Below are positions 1 through 7,905 of a DNA stretch of 62,875 bases, one piece after another. A program made the position numbers and the translations under genes. Position 1 is the first letter of the stretch; the number at the start of each line of letters is the position of its first letter. The stretch spans positions 1 to 62,875 of the forward strand of contig JAHIFQ010000014.1 in NCBI GenBank assembly GCA_018900835.1, given 5' to 3'. The notes below the pieces were generated by a model. It did no database searches, was not told the origin of the DNA, and saw nothing but the letters and a program-made list of their open reading frames with translations. The DNA is from Patescibacteria group bacterium. Its GTDB lineage: Bacteria > Patescibacteriota > Minisyncoccia > Minisyncoccales > PEYH01.

Positions 1-1
1 C

Positions 2-637
2 CTTACTCGGATGAAGATTGACGAGAGCGAAGCAGACAAAGAAGAGAGTCTGTTTGAGTCGGAATTTGATTACGAAGAGTATCGGAAAATCTCATTAGAT
101 AAAAAAGTAGTGGCAGTAGGGGAAATAGGGCTTGATTATTATTGGAAACCCAAGACAAAGATAAAATTGGAAAAATTCAAACAAGCTCAAAATATTTTGT
201 TCCGCCAGCAAGTGAAATTGGCGAAAGAATTGGACTTGCCCATTATTATCCACTGCCGGATGGCGCATAATGATTTATTGGCGATATTGAGCTATCTTTG
301 CACAATTTACGGGTCCAAATTTAAGGGAGTGATTCATTGTTTTACTGGAAATTGGGAACAGACAAGGGCATATATGGAAATGGGGTTCCATATCGGTTTC
401 AACGGCATTATTTTTAAATTTAATCAAGACGATATCATCAAGAAAATTCCTTTAGAAAAAATGTTGATTGAAACCGACTGCCCATATTTGTTGCCTCCGA
501 AGTATAAGAAAAAGATTAACGACCCCATGGGCGTGGAGTATGTGGCTGAGGAAATTGCTAAAACCAAGGGCATTTCTCTAAAACAAGTGGCTGAACAAAC
601 CACAAAAAACGCCAAAGAGTTGTTCGGAATAAAATGA
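2..637 (+). CDS. tatD: TatD-family metal-dependent hydrolase/DNase, 5' end cut by window edge
   Basis: Frame is open to the window start. Motifs VGEIGLDYYW, IIHCR, HCFTG and ETDCPYL fit the TatD/YcfH amidohydrolase fold. About 60 N-terminal aa are missing. Confidence 0.8.
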   Translation, partial: LTRMKIDESEADKEESLFESEFDYEEYRKISLDKKVVAVGEIGLDYYWKPKTKIKLEKFKQAQNILFRQQVKLAKELDLPIIIHCRMAHNDLLAILSYLCTIYGSKFKGVIHCFTGNWEQTRAYMEMGFHIGFNGIIFKFNQDDIIKKIPLEKMLIETDCPYLLPPKYKKKINDPMGVEYVAEEIAKTKGISLKQVAEQTTKNAKELFGIK

Positions 638-670
638 AAAATTTTGTATAATTAATAATCCTAAAATAAT

Positions 671-1669
671 ATGTTGTTTTTTTGGATAATAATTTTCATT
701 GTTTCTCTTTGCGTGATGGTCAAGGGCGCTGATTGGCTTTTAAAAAGCGCGGAAAAAATCGGCTTATCATTAGGCATCTCTCCGTTTATAATAGGCGTAA
801 CCATTGTCGGAATAGGCACCTCTTTCCCGGAGCTGATATCTTCAATAGTGGCTGTATTTAAGGGAGTGACAGAGATAGTGCCAGCCAATGCCATTGGTTC
901 CAATATCGCCAATATTCTTTTAATAGTGGGGATATCCGCAGTTATAGGTAAACGGCTCGTAATTACCAAGAGCTTAATTGACTTAGACCTTCCGCTTTTA
1001 GCGATTTCCACAGTAATATTTTTAGGAGCTGCATGGGACCAAAAGATAACTTTAATAGAATCGTTGTTTTTGGTGTTTTCTTATGGCATTTATCTTTTAT
1101 ATACATTTTTACATAAAGAGGAAGCAACAGATGAAATTTATGAGGTGCTTCCAGGAAGAGCGGACAGGAGAGGGTTGCATTTGAAAGAATCAAAAAAGAA
1201 ATCCCTGCTTAAAAGGCCAAAGATTGGGTCTAAAGATTTCATAATTCTGATTATCGGAATAATCGGTCTGGCATTTGGAGCAAAATACCTCATTGATTCA
1301 GTAATAAAATTATCTGAATTACTGAACATTGGAGCAGGGGTAATTTCTTTGGCAGCTGTGGCGCTTGGCACTTCTCTACCAGAGCTTTTGGTTTCAGCAA
1401 AAGCTGCCTGGCAGAAAAAATCAGAAGTTGCGTTGGGCAATATATTCGGCTCCAATGTTTTCAATATCTTAGTGGTAGTCGGGCTTCCCGGATTATTTAG
1501 AACCATTCATTTAGATGCCCAAACATTTTCTTTGGGCTTGCCGGTTTTGATTGTCGCAACCTTTCTTTTTATTATTTCTGGAATTTCTCGCAGGATTCAT
1601 ATTTGGGAGGGGGCGATGTATCTGGTGGTCTATGTATTTTTTATAGGAAAACTTTTTGGATTATTCTGA
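671..1669 (+). CDS. Na+/Ca2+ exchanger (CaCA/YrbG-like) membrane antiporter
   Basis: 332 aa and polytopic. Two alpha-repeat signatures, GTSFPEL and GTSLPEL, are separated by a charged loop. Confidence 0.8.
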   Translation: MLFFWIIIFIVSLCVMVKGADWLLKSAEKIGLSLGISPFIIGVTIVGIGTSFPELISSIVAVFKGVTEIVPANAIGSNIANILLIVGISAVIGKRLVITKSLIDLDLPLLAISTVIFLGAAWDQKITLIESLFLVFSYGIYLLYTFLHKEEATDEIYEVLPGRADRRGLHLKESKKKSLLKRPKIGSKDFIILIIGIIGLAFGAKYLIDSVIKLSELLNIGAGVISLAAVALGTSLPELLVSAKAAWQKKSEVALGNIFGSNVFNILVVVGLPGLFRTIHLDAQTFSLGLPVLIVATFLFIISGISRRIHIWEGAMYLVVYVFFIGKLFGLF

Positions 1670-1685
1670 AAAATTTAAACATTCA

Positions 1686-1727
1686 AACAAAATCTTGCCA
1701 TTTAAATGGCAAGATTTTGTTTTCCTT
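1686..1727 (+). terminator. Perfect 18+18 nt palindrome followed by a T-run, intrinsic terminator after the antiporter gene
   Basis: aacaaaatcttgccattt/aaatggcaagattttgtt followed by ttttcc, 17 nt after the stop codon. Confidence 0.7.
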
Positions 1728-1759
1728 GATTTTTAATCGCAATAGTGGCAATATGTAAA

Positions 1760-2030
1760 ATAGATAAATATCGTAGGAGGTGACAGAATATGAGGTGGAT
1801 GAGGCAAGAGCCTCGCTATCTTGGCAAGGATTTGCGCGCCATATGGTGTTGGTCTTCCAAGATTGTCCTTTGTTTCCTGCTGTATATCCCCATTTTCGGG
1901 CAGATTGTTGTTCTCCCGCTCTTGCACAATGCGAGAGAATCGTGGAAATATCCACTCGGATAACGGCAATGCCGAATATCGGGGGCAAGATGGTGTGCGG
2001 TCGGTTCACAGAACCGGCCGCTTCTTTATT
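1760..2030 (+). promoter_or_regulatory. Structured, GC-elevated leader of leuS ending in an intrinsic terminator; possible T-box-type attenuator
   Basis: Stop-poor in several frames. Long hairpin ATCTTGG...CCAAGAT (1818-1863). UGGU lies just 5' of the terminator GCGGTCGGTTC-ACA-GAACCGGCCGC + TTCTTTATT (1997-2029), 36 nt before the leuS ATG. The canonical T-box 14-mer is not clearly present. Confidence 0.45.
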
Positions 2031-2065
2031 GAAAAATACAGGATTTTTAGGTAAGATAAAGAACT

Positions 2066-4468
2066 ATGGCAGAATATAGTCCAAAAGAATTTGAGAAAAA
2101 ATGGCAGACAAAATGGGAAGAGGAAAAGATATTTGAAGCCAAGGATTCTTCAAAAAAACCCAAATTTTTTGTTTTGGATATGTTCCCTTATCCTTCAGGA
2201 GATGGCCTTCATGTGGGTCATCCGCGGGGATATGTCGGAACTGATGTAATCGCCCACTATATGAGAATGAAGGGGCACAATGTCTTGCATCCAATGGGCT
2301 GGGATGCTTTTGGTTTGCCAGCAGAGAACTATGCGATAAAAACAGGTATTCATCCAGCGATTTCAACAGAGAAAAATATCAAAAGATTTAAAGAGCAAAT
2401 GAAGTCAATCGGACTTTCTTATGATTGGTCGCGGGAAATAAACACAACTGACCCGGATTATTATAAATGGACTCAATGGATATTTTTGAAGCTTTTTGAA
2501 ACAGGACTGGCTTATAGAAAAAAACTGCCTATTAATTGGTGTCCTTCCTGTAAAACAGGACTTGCTAACGAGGAGGTGGTGGCAGGGAAATGTGAGCGTT
2601 GCGGAGCAGAGGTAAGTAAAAAAGATATTGAACAATGGGTTTTGAAAATTACTGATTATGCGGAAGAATTGCTTAAAGATTTGGACAAGCTTGATTGGCC
2701 GGAAAAGATAAAAGAAATGCAAAGAAATTGGATAGGGAAATCTGTTGGCGCAGACATAGAATTCAAAATTCAAAATTCAAAATTTAAAATTCAAGTTTTT
2801 ACGACAAGGCCAGATACGATTTTTGGAGCAACATTTATGGTTTTAGCCCCAGAGCATAATTTAGTGGAGAAAATTACAACTCCAGACAAGAAAAAAGAAG
2901 TTGAAAAATATGTAGAAGAAAGCAAAAAGAAATTAGATATTGAGAGACAGACAGAAGACAGGGAAAAAACAGGTGTTTTTACAGGTGCTTATGCCCTCAA
3001 TCCTGCTACAAAAGAAAAAATTCCTATCTATAGTGCTGATTATGTTTTGCCAAGCTATGGATACGGGGCGATTATGGCAGTGCCGGCGCACGATGAAAGG
3101 GACTTTGCGTTTGCCAAAAAATACAATCTGCCTATTGAAGAGATAAAGCTGGATAAAACAGTTGAGCAAGCGACAAAATGGTTAGAAAAGAAAGGATGCG
3201 CTAATCCAGCGATAAATTACAAACTAAGGGATTGGATATTTTCAAGACAAAGATATTGGGGAGAGCCAATACCGCTTATTTTTTGCGAAAACTGTGCGGC
3301 TAAAGCCAAAAGCCAAAATCCAAAAGCCAAAAGTAAAGAATTTAGTAAAGGAGAATTATTGAATCCAGGGTGGGTTGCTTTATTGGAAGAGGATTTGCCT
3401 TTAGTCCTGCCAGAACTTGAAAAATATGAACCAACTGGCACAGGCGAATCCCCTTTGGCAAGCAAGTCAGATTGGGTTGAAACAACTTGCCCAAAATGTG
3501 GAGGCAGGGCTTTGCGCGAAACTAATACAATGCCTCAATGGGCTGGCTCTTGTTGGTACTTCCTCGCATATGTAATGCTCGGAGCACAAAATAAAAAAGC
3601 CAAAACCAAAAATCTAAATTCAAAATTCAAAATTCAAAATTCAAAATTGATTAAACATTGGCTGCCAGTTGACTTCTATATCGGCGGAGCAGAACATGCG
3701 GTTTTGCATCTTTTGTATTCAAGATTTTGGATTAAGGTTTTAAAAGATGAAAAAATTCTGCCATTTGACGAGCCATTTAAAAAATTAAGAACAATTGGTT
3801 TGATTTTAGCATCTGATGGACAGAAAATGTCTAAATCTAGAGGCAATGTTATCAATCCAGATGAAATTATTGAGAAATACGGAGCTGACGCTTTCCGCCT
3901 CTATGAAATGTTTATGGGTCCTTTTGACCAACCGATTGCTTGGGATACCAAAAGCATCATAGGCGCCAGAAGGTTTTTAGAGAAAGTATTCAATCTTTCT
4001 CAGAACCTTTTTAAAGAGACGGATTTGGGAACGAAGAAATTATTAAATAAAACAATTAAAAAGGTTGGCGAGGATATTGAGAGCCAGAAATTTAATACTG
4101 CCATTGCCTGCATGATGGAATTTATTAATTCCGTAGAGGAAATATTCTCGGGTGACTTCAGAGATTTTTTGAAGATCCTTGCTCCATTCGCGCCCCATTT
4201 AAGCGAAGAATTATATCAATCAGATAAGTCAATATTTCAAGAAAATTGGCCGAAATATGACTCGAAAATGATTGTTGAAAAAGAAGTGAGCATGATTATT
4301 CAGATTAATGGTAAGGTTCGTGGCACAATTGTTGTCTCTACAGGATTATCTGAAAAAGAAGCAGTCAATTTAGCCATTGAGTCCGATATTGCTAAAAAAT
4401 GGCTTGAGAATAAGAAAATCAAAAAAACAATCTTTATCAAAGACAAATTAATTAATTTTGTGGTATAG
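2066..4468 (+). CDS. leuS: Leucyl-tRNA synthetase
   Basis: 800 aa. HIGH-type motif HVGHPRGY, KMSKS motif KMSKSRGN, TTRPDT editing-domain entry. Confidence 0.97.
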   Translation: MAEYSPKEFEKKWQTKWEEEKIFEAKDSSKKPKFFVLDMFPYPSGDGLHVGHPRGYVGTDVIAHYMRMKGHNVLHPMGWDAFGLPAENYAIKTGIHPAISTEKNIKRFKEQMKSIGLSYDWSREINTTDPDYYKWTQWIFLKLFETGLAYRKKLPINWCPSCKTGLANEEVVAGKCERCGAEVSKKDIEQWVLKITDYAEELLKDLDKLDWPEKIKEMQRNWIGKSVGADIEFKIQNSKFKIQVFTTRPDTIFGATFMVLAPEHNLVEKITTPDKKKEVEKYVEESKKKLDIERQTEDREKTGVFTGAYALNPATKEKIPIYSADYVLPSYGYGAIMAVPAHDERDFAFAKKYNLPIEEIKLDKTVEQATKWLEKKGCANPAINYKLRDWIFSRQRYWGEPIPLIFCENCAAKAKSQNPKAKSKEFSKGELLNPGWVALLEEDLPLVLPELEKYEPTGTGESPLASKSDWVETTCPKCGGRALRETNTMPQWAGSCWYFLAYVMLGAQNKKAKTKNLNSKFKIQNSKLIKHWLPVDFYIGGAEHAVLHLLYSRFWIKVLKDEKILPFDEPFKKLRTIGLILASDGQKMSKSRGNVINPDEIIEKYGADAFRLYEMFMGPFDQPIAWDTKSIIGARRFLEKVFNLSQNLFKETDLGTKKLLNKTIKKVGEDIESQKFNTAIACMMEFINSVEEIFSGDFRDFLKILAPFAPHLSEELYQSDKSIFQENWPKYDSKMIVEKEVSMIIQINGKVRGTIVVSTGLSEKEAVNLAIESDIAKKWLENKKIKKTIFIKDKLINFVV
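2759..2796 (+). repeat. Heptanucleotide (aaaattc)n tract in frame inside leuS
   Basis: attcaaaattcaaaattcaaaatttaaaattcaag encodes FKIQNSKFKIQ just before TTRPDT. Confidence 0.85.
3299..3340 (+). repeat. Heptanucleotide (aaaagcc)n tract in frame inside leuS
   Basis: gctaaagccaaaagccaaaatccaaaagccaaaagtaaag encodes AKAKSQNPKAKSK. Confidence 0.85.
3588..3649 (+). repeat. Heptanucleotide (aaaaNNN)n tract in frame inside leuS
   Basis: aaaagccaaaaccaaaaatctaaattcaaaattcaaaattcaaaattcaaaattg encodes KKAKTKNLNSKFKIQNSKL. Confidence 0.85.
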
Positions 4469-4540
4469 AAAATTTACCCTTCGCTACGCTCAGGGTGTAA
4501 GAATTTCTAACGCTCGCTTAGCTCGCGAACAAATTCTAAC

Positions 4541-7500
4541 ATGTGCGGAATAATAGGTTATGTTGGTAAAAAGCAGGCCCTTCCTATAGTTATGGAAGGA
4601 CTTAAGCGTCTTGAATATAGGGGCTATGATTCAAGCGGCGTTGTGGTTTTGAATAAGGGGGCCGAAGTCGTAAAGACAAAAGGAAGAATAGAAGATTTAA
4701 GAGAGAAGTTAGGGGACATTCAAGGCACTACAGCCATAGGACATTGCCTTCCTCCAGATACTCTAATTCAATTGGCTGATGGCAGTATTAAAGAAATCGG
4801 CAAAATTAAATCAGGAGAAAAGGTTTTATGTTTAAATACTAAGAGTTTAAAATTTGTTAACGGCAGAGCAAAGGTTTTTAAACACAAATCACCCACTTCT
4901 CTGCTTGCAGTAAAAACAAACTCAACTTTATTTAAGGCCACCAAGGAACACAAGATGCTAGTTTTCAAGGATGGCCATATAACATATAAGAGAGCGAAAG
5001 AGCTTTCTATGGGTGACATTCTAATCGTTCCCAAGAGGATAGATATTAAGGGAGGAAAGCTAACTTTTCCTGAAGCTGATACGAGGAGATATTATGAGCT
5101 CCCTGATAGCTCAGTTGAAAAAATGAAGCTTGTCTTGAAACAGAGGAAGTTATCAAAAATAGAGGCAGCGAGAGCCATTGGCATAAGCGCCTCCTATTTA
5201 GGCCACATATTGAAGAACGATCGTAAATGTAGAGAGGATCAGCTTAAAAAGTTATCTAAATTTTTTCAAGGCTATGGATTAGAAAAAGAAGCGATGCCAA
5301 TAGATACATCTTGGGGTAAATTTATCACCCTACCCAGAAGGAGTACGCCTGAGTTAATGCAGATTATTGGTTATTTCCTTGGGGACGGCACGGCTCAGCC
5401 CAAGAGTATCAGATTCAAGGATATGGATAAGGATTTATTGGAGGAATATAAAAAATTAATTCATCAGGTTTTCAATGTTGAGGGTCGCATAGTCTCTCAA
5501 AATGATACCAGAGCTTATTTACTAGAGGTCAACAGCACTTATCTTTCTAGATGGTTTAAAGAGAATGTGGTTCTCGGCAAGCAGAAGCTATTAGAAGAGA
5601 TGGGCAGAGCTTCTTTGCGCGAGATAGCAGCTTTTTTAAGAGGATTATTCGACGCAGAAGGTTGTGTGGCCACACAAAGCAAGCAGATAGCTCTTAAATT
5701 GGCAGATGAGAGAATAGCAAGAACAATCCAATTTTTATTGCTTAGATTTGGAATCTTGAGTTCTTTTTCTAAAGCAGGGAGGAGAATTAAGGGCTGGCTG
5801 CCTGTTTCTGGGGTAGTGTTCAGCGATTGGCAAAGCGTTAAGAAATTTCAGGAGTCTGTTGGGTTTTCTTCAGCCCTAAAATCAGCCAAACTTAGTAAAC
5901 TTTTAAAAACCTTATCCAAGAATCGCTTGAATTTCAGTTTTAAGTTTTTCCCTTTTACTAAAAAAGAAATTTATAAAAGATACAATGCATTTCTTAAGGA
6001 TAGTAGTGTAGAAATTAAGAAGAAATTAAGCCCAAGAGATGAGAGTTTTCTTACTCGCAGAATCTTAGAAGAGATTGTTGATTACCAATCTAAAGAGAAG
6101 GGCAACGATTTAATTAAAGATATTAGTAGATTCTTGAATTGTGATGTTGTGTTCCAGCCAATAAAACAGATTAAAAAAGTACGATCAACTTTTGAATTTC
6201 TCTATGACTTAGAGGTTTCTCCTCATTCTAATTTTATTGCTAATGGAGTTGTATCTCATAATTCAAGATGGGCAACGCATGGAAAGCCCTCTGACCTTAA
6301 CGCTCATCCTCTTTGGGATTGCAAAAAAGAAATCTTTGTTGTTCACAATGGAATAATTGAAAATTATAAGCAACTTAAAGAAGAATTAATAGCGCGAGGG
6401 CATAAATTTATTTCAGAAACAGATACAGAAGTTTTGCCTCATTTGATTGAAGAAAATTATAAGGGCAACCCTTCGGCAAGCTCAGGGCAAGCTTTAGAAG
6501 AGGCCGTCCGCTTGTCTCTCCAGAAAATTGTTGGCGCTTATGCTATTGCTGTGGTTTGTGAAAAAGAACCAAATAAAATTGTCTTTGCCAGGCAATCCAG
6601 CCCGTTGTTAGTTGCTTTAGGCGAAGGAGAGAATTTTATTGCCTCTGATGCTACGGCAATATTGGGTTATGCTAAACAAGTTATCTATTTAGACGATGGA
6701 GAAATGGGAGTAATCACTCCTGATGATTTTCAAGTTTTTACTTTAGAGAATAAAGAAGTCAAGAAAAGTTTTCATAAGATAGAATGGGACATAGAGCAGG
6801 CAGAAAAATCCGGTTATCCTCATTTTATGTTAAAAGAGATTTTTGAAGGTCCAGAAACAATTGAAAATGCTATAAGAGGAAGAATGATATTAAAAGATGG
6901 AATGGCTAAGCTTGGGGGATTAGAACCAGTTATAGACAAGCTAAAAAAAATAGACAGAATTGTTATTGTTGCCATGGGAACCGCTTTTTTAGCTGGAAAA
7001 GTGGGCGAATATATGCTTGAAGAATATGCTGGCATTCCCGTAGAAGTAGAAAACGCTTCAGAATTTAGATATAAAAAATCAATTATTAATAAGAATGATG
7101 CGGTCTTAGCAATTTCCCAGTCAGGAGAAACCGCTGATACTCTTTTCGCAGTAAAAGAAGCCAAAAGAAAGGGCGCCCTTACTTTAGGCATTGTTAATGT
7201 GGTTGGCTCAAGCATTGCCAGAGAAGTTGAGGCAGGTGTTTACAATCACGCTGGTCCGGAAATAGCAGTCGCCTCTACTAAGGCCTTTATTTCCCAACTA
7301 ACTATCTTAGCTCTTTTAACTGTGTTTTTAGGTAGGCAAAGGAATATGTCTTTAGTAACAGGCAAGAGAATTTTAGAAGAATTAGAGAAATTACCAGAAC
7401 TTTGTAAAAAGATTTTAGAGAAAAAAGAAGACATTAAGAGCTTAGCAGAGAAATATTTTGCTTATAAAAATTTTCTTTATCTTGGTAGAAAATACAACTA

Positions 7501-7891
7501 TCCAGTTGCTTGTGAAGGCGCTTTAAAACTAAAAGAAATTTCATATATCCATGCTGAAGGCATGCCAGCAGGAGAAATAAAACATGGGCCCATTGCTATG
7601 ATTGATAAGGACTTCCCTAGTTTTGTCGTTGCTTTAAAAGATAGTGTTTATGAAAAGAATGTTTCTAATATTGAGGAAATAAAAGCCAGAGACGGAAAGG
7701 TTATCGCTTTAGCAACAGAAGGAGATGATTTATCAACTGATGATGTTGTATTCGTGCCTAAAACCTTAGAAATGCTTAGCCCAATTTTATCAGTTATTCC
7801 TCTTCAACTTTTTGCTTATTATATTTCGGTAAAAAAGGGCTTAGATGTGGACAAGCCAAGAAACTTGGCGAAATCAGTCGTGGTAGAGTAA
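4541..7891 (+). CDS. glmS: Glutamine--fructose-6-phosphate aminotransferase, interrupted by an in-frame intein
   Basis: N-terminal MCGIIGY nucleophile. The conserved GH|(T/S)RWATHG is split by 506 aa. SIS-domain motif SQSGETADT and C-terminal KSVVVE are present. Confidence 0.95.
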   Translation: MCGIIGYVGKKQALPIVMEGLKRLEYRGYDSSGVVVLNKGAEVVKTKGRIEDLREKLGDIQGTTAIGHCLPPDTLIQLADGSIKEIGKIKSGEKVLCLNTKSLKFVNGRAKVFKHKSPTSLLAVKTNSTLFKATKEHKMLVFKDGHITYKRAKELSMGDILIVPKRIDIKGGKLTFPEADTRRYYELPDSSVEKMKLVLKQRKLSKIEAARAIGISASYLGHILKNDRKCREDQLKKLSKFFQGYGLEKEAMPIDTSWGKFITLPRRSTPELMQIIGYFLGDGTAQPKSIRFKDMDKDLLEEYKKLIHQVFNVEGRIVSQNDTRAYLLEVNSTYLSRWFKENVVLGKQKLLEEMGRASLREIAAFLRGLFDAEGCVATQSKQIALKLADERIARTIQFLLLRFGILSSFSKAGRRIKGWLPVSGVVFSDWQSVKKFQESVGFSSALKSAKLSKLLKTLSKNRLNFSFKFFPFTKKEIYKRYNAFLKDSSVEIKKKLSPRDESFLTRRILEEIVDYQSKEKGNDLIKDISRFLNCDVVFQPIKQIKKVRSTFEFLYDLEVSPHSNFIANGVVSHNSRWATHGKPSDLNAHPLWDCKKEIFVVHNGIIENYKQLKEELIARGHKFISETDTEVLPHLIEENYKGNPSASSGQALEEAVRLSLQKIVGAYAIAVVCEKEPNKIVFARQSSPLLVALGEGENFIASDATAILGYAKQVIYLDDGEMGVITPDDFQVFTLENKEVKKSFHKIEWDIEQAEKSGYPHFMLKEIFEGPETIENAIRGRMILKDGMAKLGGLEPVIDKLKKIDRIVIVAMGTAFLAGKVGEYMLEEYAGIPVEVENASEFRYKKSIINKNDAVLAISQSGETADTLFAVKEAKRKGALTLGIVNVVGSSIAREVEAGVYNHAGPEIAVASTKAFISQLTILALLTVFLGRQRNMSLVTGKRILEELEKLPELCKKILEKKEDIKSLAEKYFAYKNFLYLGRKYNYPVACEGALKLKEISYIHAEGMPAGEIKHGPIAMIDKDFPSFVVALKDSVYEKNVSNIEEIKARDGKVIALATEGDDLSTDDVVFVPKTLEMLSPILSVIPLQLFAYYISVKKGLDVDKPRNLAKSVVVE
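4745..6262 (+). mobile_element. Large intein (506 aa) with a LAGLIDADG homing-endonuclease domain and an HTH segment
   Basis: Starts at Cys (CLPPDTLIQLADGS) and has block B TKEH. LAGLIDADG motifs IIGYFLGDGTA and FLRGLFDAEGC. XRE-like LSKIEAARAIGISASYLGHILKN. Ends VVSHN followed by +1 Ser (SRWATHG). Confidence 0.9.
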
Positions 7892-7905
7892 TTAAACATT
7901 ATTTT

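Noticed and set aside
1760-2030. RNase P RNA, because of CACAGAACCGGC at 2008-2019
   Set aside because: The segment is simply the 3' arm of a local hairpin followed by a U-run (a terminator). No CR-I motif is present upstream.
4469-4540. glmS ribozyme upstream of glmS
   Set aside because: The spacer is only 72 nt and shows none of the conserved core, so it is too short for the roughly 170-nt ribozyme.
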